In this document: in pieces, positions 9,608-19,100 of the stretch
Position numbering within the stretch: position 1 is the stretch's first letter
Layout: each line of letters starts with the position of its first letter
Assembly (NCBI GenBank): GCA_963729715.1
Contig: CAVSPA010000006.1
Location: forward strand, 135,748-199,747
Length of the DNA stretch: 64,000 nucleotides
Reading direction: 5' to 3'
Source: an uncultured delta proteobacterium
Lineage (GTDB): Bacteria > Desulfobacterota > Syntrophia > Syntrophales > UBA2185
Made by a program: the position numbers and the translations under genes
Notes under the pieces: model-generated
Seen by the model: only the letters and a program-made list of their open reading frames with translations
The model's database searches: none
What the model was told of the DNA's origin: nothing

Positions 9608-10300
9608 CTAAGGTATATATATTGTGAAGGCGCCTCCCCCCAATGCGCCGCCGTTAAGTATGGAGATATAACCTTCCCTGTTCTCGTTCGTGTGAGATTT
9701 CGCCACGAGCATGGAAAAATAGAGGCCGAGTCCCGTGCTGCCTGTATCGAAATCGATTGTTCTCTTGTAGGATAATTCTTCCTTGTCATCGACAAGCATA
9801 CATTCCGGATAACCGCGACCGTTGTCCTCGATCCTCAGCAGGAGATATTCGTCCTCTTTATCGGCGCTGACCCTTACCTTGTCTTTTGTATAGCGATAAG
9901 AATTATTCAGCACGTTTTCCAAAACTCCGGATACCAAGCCGCGGTCAAAGGTCCAGAACAGCCCCTCGGGGCAGTACGTTTCGATTTCTATTCCCTTCGA
10001 ACTGAGGAGCGGCTTGTTTTGAATCACGATGTCGTCGATGATTTCGTCAACGGGGTGGTAATCCACGTTGATCGCAAACTGGGATTTCTCTTTCTTGTAC
10101 AAAGACAATAGGCGGATCATGCTGTGGTTCAAGCGTTTGATTTCATACTGCAGCGTGAAAAATCTTCCGTACGAGGAGCATTCTTTTTCTTTGCACTGTT
10201 CGATTGACTCTTCCAGCGTGTTAAAAAGTATCCCGAGAGAATTCTTCATATCGTGAAGAGAGGATGCGAGTATATCGAGAAAGTCTATTTTAGCTTCCAT
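9608..10300 (-). CDS. cytoplasmic sensor histidine kinase (HisKA + HATPase_c)
   Basis: 230 aa: H-box SSLHDMKNSLGIL, N-box VLENVLNNSYRYT, G-boxes IEDNGRGYP and GSTGLGLYFSMLVA. It overlaps the upstream regulator gene by 11 nt, suggesting an operon. Confidence 0.8.
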   Translation of the reverse strand: MEAKIDFLDILASSLHDMKNSLGILFNTLEESIEQCKEKECSSYGRFFTLQYEIKRLNHSMIRLLSLYKKEKSQFAINVDYHPVDEIIDDIVIQNKPLLSSKGIEIETYCPEGLFWTFDRGLVSGVLENVLNNSYRYTKDKVRVSADKEDEYLLLRIEDNGRGYPECMLVDDKEELSYKRTIDFDTGSTGLGLYFSMLVAKSHTNENREGYISILNGGALGGGAFTIYIP

Positions 10301-11961
10301 GACACGATGCCTCCGGGATCAGCTCTTTGTGCATGGTTGTCAGGATATCAAGATTCTTGTAAAGCGGATCAATGCTCCTTACGCGATCGATATATAACGT
10401 GGCTTTTTCAAGCAGGCGTGGCTGGCTGCCGTGTTTCTGCATGTACACCATGAGTGCATGTGCTGCGTTGGCGTTAATTGTCTTGTTGTCCGGCAGTCTG
10501 TCCACTGCCTGTTCAAAGAAGTTAATGGCTCTGCTCAGATTGCCTTCCTGGAAAAGCCTGATGCCGTCGTTATTGAGTTTGATGACTTCGCTGCGCGCCG
10601 TGGAGATAATCTCCCGTCCTTTATCTTCGATGTTTAGATCCTTAAAAATGGCCTGGACATTGCCGATCAATTCCTGGTTGTCGTGATTGCTTTGCACAAC
10701 GTGCCGGACTATCTTCTCGCCGCTTTTTTCGTCGCCCGTCAGGAATAGAGCTCTTGCAAGCTCAAGCTCGATATCGATGGGCAGTCTGCCGGGGAGAGTG
10801 GCCACCAGTTTATATGCCTTTTGCACTGCCTTGCCGGCATCCTCTGCGCGGTTCAGCTTTTTGAAAGCCAGGCTCTCCGCCACGGAGATCTGTATAGATG
10901 CTTCGGGATTATCGGAGAATTCGCTGCCGGCATCTCTTAAAACGTCAAGGCTTTCCATCGGAGAACCCTTGTCAACAAGCACCTTGGCCAGGCATGTATA
11001 ATCGGAAGGACTCTTGAGAAAAGAATGTTTGCCCTGTTTCACTGCCTCTTTAAAGGAATATTCGGCTGTCAAATGATCTTTATTCTTATGTGCAATGTTT
11101 CCGAGGGTTCTCTGACGAAGTAATGCTTTGGGAGATATGCGGACAGCGTCCTGCAGAACCCGCTGCGCTTCTAAGTCATTCCCCATTTTCTCATGTGTCT
11201 TGGCCAGCCAATCATACGCGGCAACAATCTTGTTGTTCTTTGCGATGATCTTTTCAAAAGCACCCTTTGCTCCGTTATAATCGCCGGTGATGAATTTAAC
11301 CTTCCCCAGACCGAACATCGCCCAAGGCAGATTACCCATGGCGAGGACCTTTTCATAAAATGCCGCCGCCTCGGCATAGGCCTGTTTCTTGATGAGAATT
11401 TCGCCTTTCAGTTTGAGCAAGTCGGACAGGCTTTTTGTGTGGCTGCTAATTTGCTCGTCACAAAGCGCGATTACACTTGTATAATCTTTTTTCTCGACAG
11501 CCTTTTCGATAGCTTTCAGGCTCTCTTTCTTTGCCGACAGGTTCCTTAATTTCTTTTCGAGAGCCTCTTTGGAAAAGGGCTTTATCAAATAATCATCGGG
11601 CTGATATTCAAGGGCGCCCATGATCATCTCCATGGTGTTCTCTGCTGTCACCATGATAAATACAGTGGAATGGTCCATGTACTCACGGCATCTTGCTTCT
11701 TCAAGAACCTGCTGGCCGTCCTTTCCGGGCCCAAGATTATAGTCACACAGGATGATGTCATATTTGCTTGAGGACATTTTTCTGGACGGCTTCCTCACCG
11801 CTTGCGGCGTCATCGATGTATGAGATACCAAACGACTTCAACATGGTCCTTAAGGTCAGGCGGAAATTGAGAAAATCCTCCACGACAAGGACCTTTTTCT
11901 TCTTCAAATCGTCTGTAGAAGAGGATTGGGAAGAAAGAATATTTTCCTGAGTTGTTACCAT
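10290..11961 (-). pseudogene. CheY-like receiver + TPR-repeat response regulator, interrupted by a +1 frameshift at an A5/T5 homopolymer
   Basis: The receiver N-terminus (KKVLVVEDFLNFRLTLRTMLKSFGISYIDDAASGEEAVQK) is ORF 11758-11961. The rest (SSSKYDIILCDYNLGPGKDGQQVLEEAR... then TPR repeats) is ORF 10290-11831 in another frame. Deleting one T from TTTTT at 11776-11780 restores ...EAVQKMSSSKYDIIL.... This may be a sequencing artefact rather than a true pseudogene. Confidence 0.7.
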
Positions 11962-12147
11962 CGTTATCCTCGACCGACTAAATCATATAAAATCGCCGGG
12001 CTGATAATTGCTGCTTCACATGGGCGGCTCCGACCTGCACCTGTCGGCGAATCTGATACGCCTTGCCTATCACTTATATACATCGGCAGATCATTAAGAA
12101 TCTTTAGAGGGATAACATCTTGAAGATCGTCTTTCCTGTCTTTCCTT

Positions 12148-12182
12148 GACACATAGGTGCTCTACCCGTATACTTTTATTAT
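12148..12182 (+). promoter_or_regulatory. sigma70-like promoter (TTGACA-N17-TATACT) for the Mop gene
   Basis: Read directly from the sequence, ~35 nt upstream of the RBS AAAGGAGG. Confidence 0.45.
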
Positions 12183-12216
12183 GCTCAATCAAATCCTTAT
12201 CTAAAAGGAGGTCACT

Positions 12217-12426
12217 ATGAATATAAGCGCGCGTAATGTACTGAAGGGGAAAATAATCAAAGTTACAAGGGGTGCTGTGAATACAGAAGTAGTTTTGGAA
12301 CTTCCATGCGGAGATCAGGTGGTTTCCATGATTTCCAAACAATCCGCAACGAAGCTCGGCTTGAAATCCGGTAAAAAAGCATATGCGGTCATAAAAGCCT
12401 CAAACGTAATGATAGCTGTCGATTAA
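12217..12426 (+). CDS. mop: molybdopterin-binding Mop/TOBE-domain protein
   Basis: 69 aa: MNISARNVLKGKIIKV...VVLEL.GD.VVSMISKQSATKLGLKSGKKAYAVIKASNVMIAV, the canonical TOBE/Mop single domain. Confidence 0.85.
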   Translation: MNISARNVLKGKIIKVTRGAVNTEVVLELPCGDQVVSMISKQSATKLGLKSGKKAYAVIKASNVMIAVD

Positions 12427-12792
12427 ACCTTTCGTTTCAAACGTAATGGAAAAAGGGTAAACAGTTCTTTGAAAGAACTCAATAGCTCTTATGGAGATGT
12501 GAGTTCTGTTACGATCAATAATAATTATGAACAGAGGAGCTACGACAAAGAAGGAATTAACTTTATGATAAACAAAGGCTCTGGGAAGGTTGAAACTATA
12601 ACGATCGTGCCAAAGACTGATAAGTCAAATCATCGAAAGCATGCAAGGGTTATGATTAATAATCAAATCGGTATTATACCCCGAGAATTTCGGGCACTAT
12701 CGGTGCCTGCCACTCGTCGTGACACTTTCTCCGACGATTTAGCGCCGGTCCTTATCGGTGCGCCAATACCACGGGCCGCGAAAGGACTACAG

Positions 12793-13743
12793 TTACGCAA
12801 TGTTATTCCATATATGTGTAGCATATAAGGTCGGAACGTGATCAACGAAATCGTCCGGGATAAAGTTTATAAACCCGCGCAGCATCTTACCCCGTGAATT
12901 GGCAATGTATGGCACTTCGCCGCTAATTGAGTCGGTTATCTTTTCCCGGCGGCTTGAGTTCCCATGAACCATCCCACTGCTGTCTATGTACTTCAGATCG
13001 CCAACATGCTTATATCGTATGGGGGGCGGCACTTTCGCAACGATGTCATTGTTATTGACGAACCGGAAGGCGCTGATGTGGAAGTCATCCGCGAAATCGA
13101 CATCCCCCACGCGGGGTGAGCCGAACGTATACAGGCCCTGGGCCTTCCCATATCTGTTGGCGGCGAGAGTGGCAAGGGCGGCGCCAAGGCTGTGACCAGT
13201 AAACCAGATGGTCCGGTTCGAGATATCTTTACTCTTAATACATTTGAGGAGACCTTTCTTCTCCCACACCTCGTCGAGTGCGTGGTTAAATCCCCGATGG
13301 ACCTTCCCGCCCTGGCCCGACTCCGTGAGGATGATGTCGGCGTCTGTTTTCAGATCGGCAATGATATTGCCGAAATCTAATCTCCCCTCGCGTCTGCGGA
13401 TCTCAGTCCCCCTGAATACGATCATGGCGAAATTGTCGTTATTGGCGACAAAGCACTGCGTACCGTTTCCCGTAAAGAATTTCACTTCCGTGAGACCCGC
13501 GTCTTGAAACCGCGGGCGGACAAAATCTTCCTCAGAATAGGCAAGCGTTGATGCTTCGATAAGCCACCATGCATTTATCATATCAAACGCTGTTGCGCTG
13601 TGCCGGAACGGGTAGTCATCTCCACCCTTAAAATAAGGATAATGTGGATAAGGGGGAGCGATAGCATCCAAGGTTATCTTCGGGAGAATTTCTGCGGGAT
13701 CTCGTTGTGGGTTTGCCATACTCACTCCTCTCACAGCGCTCAA
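12793..13743 (-). CDS. class-3 (fungal-type) lipase / alpha-beta hydrolase
   Basis: 316 aa with the nucleophile elbow TGHSLGAALATL and a downstream YTFGSPRVGD motif typical of the Lipase_3 family. Confidence 0.8.
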   Translation of the reverse strand: MSAVRGVSMANPQRDPAEILPKITLDAIAPPYPHYPYFKGGDDYPFRHSATAFDMINAWWLIEASTLAYSEEDFVRPRFQDAGLTEVKFFTGNGTQCFVANNDNFAMIVFRGTEIRRREGRLDFGNIIADLKTDADIILTESGQGGKVHRGFNHALDEVWEKKGLLKCIKSKDISNRTIWFTGHSLGAALATLAANRYGKAQGLYTFGSPRVGDVDFADDFHISAFRFVNNNDIVAKVPPPIRYKHVGDLKYIDSSGMVHGNSSRREKITDSISGEVPYIANSRGKMLRGFINFIPDDFVDHVPTLYATHIWNNIA

Positions 13744-13746
13744 AAT

Positions 13747-13812
13747 TGAATTCGGTAGCGAGCAAATGCCTAACGATACTGTTCCATTTAAGAATTCACG
13801 AAACCTCGCATG
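13747..13812. repeat. short variant of the AATTCGGTAGCGAGC...TTCCTTAAGAAT repeat family (copy C)
   Basis: AATTCGGTAGCGAGCAAATGCCTAACGATACTGTTCCATTTAAGAATTCACGAAACCTCGC aligns with the copies at 50417 and 60321 but lacks the internal hairpin module, which in the long copies is flanked by direct GCGAGC repeats. Confidence 0.5.
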
Positions 13813-14154
13813 CTTTGCGACAGACTGTATTGTCGCTCTTAGTACCGATAATATATTGCAGTTGCAATGCTGAAATATATGCTGAAAAATACGGGGTAAA
13901 AACTAATAGTAATAAAAAATTTACCCAATATTCGATAAGTTAAGGAAAACGGTGAATCTTCCTTAATTTTCGGTTGAGGGTTGCTTGCACTGTCCCTTTT
14001 TACCTCTAATTGTCGGGAAAAGAAATCATTTATCTGCATTGACATAAGCAGTTCAATCATATATGATACGGCTGCTTTGGCAGCAGGCAGGTACTGAAAG
14101 ATCTCCTCGGTTTACGCAAGGAATATAATTCATTAGATATATTTGAGGTAAGTA

Positions 14155-14244
14155 ATGGGAAGTGTCGTAAAAAAGAGAAAGAAGAAGATAAGTAAACACA
14201 AATACAAGAAGCGCTTGAAATCCAACAGGCATAAGAACAAATAA
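14155..14244 (+). CDS. tiny highly basic protein (29 aa), AURKAIP1/COX24-domain-like
   Basis: MGSVVKKRKKKISKHKYKKRLKSNRHKNK* with GAGGT 5 nt upstream and TTGACA-N17-TATGAT at 14029-14057. It resembles the widespread bacterial ~30-aa MGSVIKKRR... peptide family. Too short for the ORF track. Confidence 0.5.
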   Translation: MGSVVKKRKKKISKHKYKKRLKSNRHKNK

Positions 14245-14481
14245 GGGACATGATCAGATGTGCTGTAGAGATCCGATTGTTAAAGGGGGTCTATGGTACC
14301 GCTTCCCCTTCCTATAAAAAATCGGGGGGAATAATGTTCGTTTCTATGTGACGCACGCGACAAGAAGAAGGGGGTTGGTCGGTTAGGCTGGCCTTTTTTT
14401 TTGCCTGTATGGAAAGGCTTAATCTTCTTTAGTGAAGATGAAATGCAGATGCTCAATGTAATTTTTTGTGAGGACAGATAG

Positions 14482-15576
14482 ATGAGCAAAGTCCGTAAAA
14501 TGATGGACAATAATAAGAAGAGATTTGCACTTTTTTTAGTCTTTGCTCTTATGATTGTCTGTGTGGCAGGCGTTTTTTATTACCGCGAGTACAGAACGAG
14601 GTATGTTAGCACAGATGACGCATATGTTACGGGCAGGATTCATGTGATCGCATCGAAGGTTCCCGGTACGGTGAGGACAGTTTATGTTGAGGACAATCAG
14701 TTTGTAAAGAAGGATGATGTCCTCCTCGAGATCGACGACAGAGACTATGATGTCAGGGTCAAAGAAGCTGAATCCGCGCGGAATGCGGAGCATGCAAAAC
14801 TCGAAGAGGTTTCGACGAAGGTGGATGTGACAAAGAAGCAGTTGTTGGAATTGCAATTCACCGTGAAGTCGGCGCGGGCAAATCTGAATCTCCAGGAGGC
14901 AAATCTCAAGCAGGCGGATCTGGATTTCAAGAGGGCTCAGAAGCTTCGCGCGAAAGAGGTTGTGCCGGAAGAAAGGCTGGAAAAGGCCAAGACGAATTAT
15001 GACGTTACTGCTGCGCAGGTTGAAGCATCGAGAGAACACTTAAAGCAGGTTGAGGCTGCCCTCGAAACACAGAAGGCACTGATACAGCAGACAGAGTCGG
15101 CCTTTGAATCACAGAACTCCGTGGTGAAACAGAGGGAAGAAACGCGTAAAGCGGAGGATTTGAAGAAGAGTTATACGAAGATTTATGCGCCCGCGGATGG
15201 ATACATCACAAAGAAGTCCGTGGAGAACGGCAACCAGATCCAGCCAGGGCAGCCACTGATGGCCGTTGTTCCCCTCGATGATATCTGGGTAATTGCAAAT
15301 TATAAGGAAACGCAGATCGAGAATGTGAAGCCCGGTCAAAAGGCGAAGATCAAAGTGGATACGTATCCGGACCGTGATTTTGAGGGGACGGTGCAGAGCA
15401 TCATGGCTGGAACCGGCTCTATCTTTTCCCTGTTTCCTCCTGAGAATGCAACGGGAAATTATGTGAAAGTTGTCCAGCGGGTGCCGATAAAGATTGTCCT
15501 CAAGGAAGGGACGGATCCCAACCATATTCTCAGGGTCGGCATGTCTGTTGAACCGACAATCATCACGAAGGAATAG
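14482..15576 (+). CDS. HlyD/EmrA-family membrane fusion protein (efflux)
   Basis: 364 aa: N-terminal TM helix, long coiled-coil region, C-terminal beta-barrel motifs (YVTGRIHVIASKV...IYAPADGYITKKSVENGNQIQPGQPLMAVVP). Confidence 0.85.
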   Translation: MSKVRKMMDNNKKRFALFLVFALMIVCVAGVFYYREYRTRYVSTDDAYVTGRIHVIASKVPGTVRTVYVEDNQFVKKDDVLLEIDDRDYDVRVKEAESARNAEHAKLEEVSTKVDVTKKQLLELQFTVKSARANLNLQEANLKQADLDFKRAQKLRAKEVVPEERLEKAKTNYDVTAAQVEASREHLKQVEAALETQKALIQQTESAFESQNSVVKQREETRKAEDLKKSYTKIYAPADGYITKKSVENGNQIQPGQPLMAVVPLDDIWVIANYKETQIENVKPGQKAKIKVDTYPDRDFEGTVQSIMAGTGSIFSLFPPENATGNYVKVVQRVPIKIVLKEGTDPNHILRVGMSVEPTIITKE

Positions 15577-15583
15577 CTTCCTG

Positions 15584-17128
15584 GTGGATTCACATGTAAA
15601 CAAGTGGATGGTTGCCATAACCGTGATGCTTCCGACGCTCATGGTTATTATGGATACGTCGGTTGTCAATGTCTCTCTGGATCACATTCGCGGCAGCCTT
15701 TCCGCCGGCATCGATGAATCCACGTGGTCCATCACATCTTATCTTGCGGCCAACGCCATTGTCATCCCCATAACCGGATGGCTGAGCAGGCTCTTAGGCA
15801 GGAGACGCCTTCTCATCGTTTCCGTTTCACTTTTTACCGTGAGTTCGCTTTTGTGCGGTCTTGCCTGGAGCATACAAAGTCTCGTGGTTTTCCGGATTCT
15901 CCAGGGCCTTTCCGGCGGCTCCCTTCAACCTATATCCCAGTCCATACTTCTCGAGACTTTTCCGCCGTCGCAGCACGGTACGGCGATGGCCATTTTCGGA
16001 ATAGGGATCATGTTCGGACCGATCATCGGGCCTTTTCTGGGAGGGTGGATTACCGACAACTGGTCGTGGAACTGGATTTTCTTCATAAATATTCCCGCGG
16101 GCATCATCTCCGTCCTGATGACTGCACTCTTTATCGTGGACCCGGCATACATACGGGATATAAAGATGAAGATCGATTACTGGGGCCTCATATTTCTCAG
16201 CGTCGGCATTGGCTGCCTGCAGATCATGCTGGACAAGGGGCAGAGGGAGGATTGGTTTTCTTCAGACTTCATTATCTGGCTCTCTGTTGCGTCCGTAATG
16301 TCGCTCGTCATTTTTGTAATTGTGGAACTGTTTGTCAAGCATCCCATTGTTAATCTGAGGATATTGAGAAACTTTTCCTTCAGTCTCGGAAATATCATCA
16401 TATTTTTCGTTTTTGTTAATCTCTTTGGCAGTATTGTTCTTTTGCCCATGTATCTGCAGAGTCTGATGGGCTATACGTCAACCCTCGCCGGCCTTGTGCT
16501 CGCGCCCGGAGGCGTTGCGACGCTTATGGTCATGCCCATTGTCGGACTGCTTATAACCAGGATAAATTCGAAGGGTATTGTTGTTGCCGGTATCGTTGTG
16601 ACTGCCTACTCGACATATTTGATGTCCGCGTTCAACAGGCTGGCGGATTTCAACACGGTTGTGTGGCCAAGGATTATTATGGGTATTGGCGTGGGGTTGA
16701 TAATAATCCCGCTTACTACCCTCACCCTTTCCCGCATGAAAAAAGAGCAAATGGGAAATGCCACATCAATCTTTAATCTCGTGAGAAATATCGGGGGGAG
16801 CTTCGGTGTTGCCATTTCCACAACGATCCTGACACGGAGGGCCCAATTCCATCAGGCGCATCTTATCGACCATCTCACACCGTTTGATATGACATATGCC
16901 TTGGGCAGCAGTCGGGCCTCAGAGGCCCTGCAACAGAGAGGCCTGGAACCGGCCATTTCCGGTCAGGGAGGGCTTGCCGCCATATATGATCAGGTTGTCA
17001 GGGAAGCATCCATGATGTCTTTTAACGACGTCTTCTATCTCTTGTCTGTCATGCTGGTCTTGACTGTGCCCCTGGTCTTCTTCATGCGACGGATTTACCA
17101 TGACGCAGCGGATGATAAAAATCATTAA
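15584..17128 (+). CDS. MFS DHA2-family (EmrB/QacA-type) drug efflux transporter
   Basis: 14-TM-type sequence with NKWMVAITVMLPTLMVIMDTSVVNVSLDHI and GWLSRLLGRRRLLIVSVSLFTVSSLLCGLAWSIQSLVVFRILQGLSGG. The track start at 15494 overlaps hlyD. A GTG at 15584 (or ATG 15608) with AAGGAA upstream is more plausible. Confidence 0.85.
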   Translation: MDSHVNKWMVAITVMLPTLMVIMDTSVVNVSLDHIRGSLSAGIDESTWSITSYLAANAIVIPITGWLSRLLGRRRLLIVSVSLFTVSSLLCGLAWSIQSLVVFRILQGLSGGSLQPISQSILLETFPPSQHGTAMAIFGIGIMFGPIIGPFLGGWITDNWSWNWIFFINIPAGIISVLMTALFIVDPAYIRDIKMKIDYWGLIFLSVGIGCLQIMLDKGQREDWFSSDFIIWLSVASVMSLVIFVIVELFVKHPIVNLRILRNFSFSLGNIIIFFVFVNLFGSIVLLPMYLQSLMGYTSTLAGLVLAPGGVATLMVMPIVGLLITRINSKGIVVAGIVVTAYSTYLMSAFNRLADFNTVVWPRIIMGIGVGLIIIPLTTLTLSRMKKEQMGNATSIFNLVRNIGGSFGVAISTTILTRRAQFHQAHLIDHLTPFDMTYALGSSRASEALQQRGLEPAISGQGGLAAIYDQVVREASMMSFNDVFYLLSVMLVLTVPLVFFMRRIYHDAADDKNH

Positions 17129-17205
17129 AGGCAGTACATGTTCTTGACGAAGGTATAATAGCAACGTTAGCTGTATGATCTAACCTATTACCAGGGAGCG
17201 AACAG

Positions 17206-17661
17206 ATGAGTTCATTGAAAATCTTAAAGGAATTTCTTGCAAAGATAAAATCTCGAAAACAAGACAGAGACATTATGCAGATTGCCGATATCATCGGGCC
17301 GATGATAGAAAAAGCGGTCTGGGATATCTTCGTCAGTTACAGGGTGGAATTGTTGTCTGAAGAGATTATCTTTGTTATCCCAGCGATTTGGGGCGCCAAG
17401 AAGGACGGTGAACTCACTGCGACGCAAAAGGCGATTGGCGAACAGATTGCTCCTGTGATTAAGAGAATTTTCGAGCTCCTTGATATAAGGGATCTGGACT
17501 CCACCCAGGAATTTGCCCTCAATTATCTAGTTCGGGGGCTTATCGTATCAAAAATCACTTACATGATTGAGGCATTCCGGAGCAAGCTGAAGGACAGGTC
17601 ACTAGATGAGCAAGGACTTAAGGATGCCCTCTTGCGCTTCAAGCCGCAGGGCAACGCTTAA
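17206..17661 (+). CDS. hypothetical protein (151 aa)
   Basis: Clean ORF with no recognisable domain. The ORFs immediately downstream (17673-17954 plus, 17676-17963 minus) overlap each other and could not be resolved. Confidence 0.4.
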   Translation: MSSLKILKEFLAKIKSRKQDRDIMQIADIIGPMIEKAVWDIFVSYRVELLSEEIIFVIPAIWGAKKDGELTATQKAIGEQIAPVIKRIFELLDIRDLDSTQEFALNYLVRGLIVSKITYMIEAFRSKLKDRSLDEQGLKDALLRFKPQGNA

Positions 17662-17972
17662 ATCAGGAATCGTTGCTAAAGACTCGTACCGAAGGCAAGG
17701 GATTGCTTATCGAAACTGAAGCGCATATTAGCATGGACGAGCTCATTGCGGCTCTCGATGAAAGGATGATAAACGAGGAGACATTCATCGAGGGCAATGC
17801 GAATTTGGGGAAGGAGAGGAAGAACTCTCCGCTTATCTGTAACGATATCGGCAATGGCAATCGCGATGCTTTCCGCCACTGCGCTCGGCGGGAGAGTAAC
17901 AGGGTGGAGCGGCGCATTAGGAAGCGAGTCATTTGCTTTTTCTGCCGGCTGTGAAATGGTCATCTGCCGTAC

Positions 17973-18746
17973 CTACCTGAGAAACAGTGCAGGGTTAATT
18001 TTGAATGCAGGACTCCAGAAATAAAGGGGCGTCTGCTCGAAAGCTGGAGTAATTGCCTTCGGGAGGTTTCCCATGCGGATGAGGCCTGCATACGTATCGA
18101 GTTTGATGCCTTCTATCCGGGCTTTCATTCTCCAGAACGGCAGGTAGTGTGATACGTCACCCGCACCTTCCATTACAGCGAAATCCACCTTTCTAAATTC
18201 TTTTCCTTCGCATCGCCAGGCAGTGCTGCAATTTTTGCATATGAGAACCAAGGCTTCTTTCTCAACTTGGAGATCCCATCCGCACTGCGGACACAGAGTG
18301 GATATAAATGATATGCGCCAACTCTGGGGCTTGCTTGCAGCGAGCATGCGATCCACACCTTCAGTCTTCATCACGCACACGGGTCGCTTGAGAAGAGCGT
18401 CACAGAGGTTATTGTTCTCCATGTACACGGGTGAATAAATCAAACTGGTCGTTTCTCCGACAAAGATGTTGTGAACATTAGCAGGAGCGGGCGGCTCCGC
18501 AATGCCGAATTGCTTTTCCAATATCTGTGAGACGGATACGGCGGTGTTCTTCAGAACATCCTGAACCGGCATCTCTGGATCAAGGAACCAGCCCTCGATT
18601 TCCGGAGAGACAAATTTCAATTTTAATACCTGCGGCCTGAGTCCTAAAGACGGAGGGATGCCCCACGATTTCAGGGCCAGAATATTGGTGTCAACAAAGC
18701 GCTGAGTGAGCCCGCTTTCCTGCATGGCATAAGAGAGTCCTTTCAT
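17973..18746 (-). CDS. hypothetical protein with internal CxxC...CxxC zinc-ribbon (257 aa)
   Basis: ORF containing ...STLCPQCGWDLQVEKEALVLICKNCSTAWRCEG.... No family recognised. Confidence 0.45.
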   Translation of the reverse strand: MKGLSYAMQESGLTQRFVDTNILALKSWGIPPSLGLRPQVLKLKFVSPEIEGWFLDPEMPVQDVLKNTAVSVSQILEKQFGIAEPPAPANVHNIFVGETTSLIYSPVYMENNNLCDALLKRPVCVMKTEGVDRMLAASKPQSWRISFISTLCPQCGWDLQVEKEALVLICKNCSTAWRCEGKEFRKVDFAVMEGAGDVSHYLPFWRMKARIEGIKLDTYAGLIRMGNLPKAITPAFEQTPLYFWSPAFKINPALFLR

Positions 18747-18816
18747 ACGCCAGTAAGGGACAAAAAATACTTGACAATCATTATGCTTATCGTTAACTAT
18801 CTAAGAGCAAAAGGTT

Positions 18817-18839
18817 TATTTTACACTACCGAATACTGT
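18817..18839. repeat. 23-bp sequence resembling the subterminal region of the IS256 element at 3649-3671
   Basis: TTATTTTACACTACCGAATACTG versus TTATTTTACACTGCCGGAAAATA matches at 17 of 22 positions. Possible solo end or remnant of a second copy. Confidence 0.3.
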
Positions 18840-19100
18840 CAAGCCTCCCTGACCCGATAGAGGTCTCTTGTTTGTAATGTGCGGAGGTTTCTCGTCTCAA
18901 ATCTTTATCATTGCAGCCATCCTCGCGGATGGTCAGTCTGTCTGACATTTTTTTCTTTCACATGAGAACATGAAGGTGGTGGGAGAAATGTCAACCTGGA
19001 GAACGTTTATCAAGATACACAAAAAATCATTTGAGCACCTTTTTATTCGAAGGGAGGTTTCCTTGCCCCTGAAAGTTCGCCGCAATGAGAGGCATAAGAA

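Noticed and set aside
9335-9795. Plus ORFs 9335-9775 and 9340-9627, minus ORF 9595-9795
   Set aside because: They overlap the histidine-kinase gene and the small Cys-rich ORF in antisense or out of frame. No domain signal.
12469-12828. 119-aa ORF between mop and the lipase gene
   Set aside because: TTG start without RBS, low-complexity Asn/Ile-rich product, and it overlaps the lipase 3' end. A shorter internal ATG with AAGGA is possible but unsupported.
15494-15583. Track start of the MFS transporter at 15494
   Set aside because: It would overlap hlyD by 83 nt in another frame. A GTG at 15584 with AAGGAA upstream matches the conserved EmrB N-terminus.
17673-17963. Overlapping ORFs 17673-17954 (+) and 17676-17963 (-)
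   Set aside because: They cannot both be real, and neither has a recognisable domain or a clear RBS. Left unannotated.
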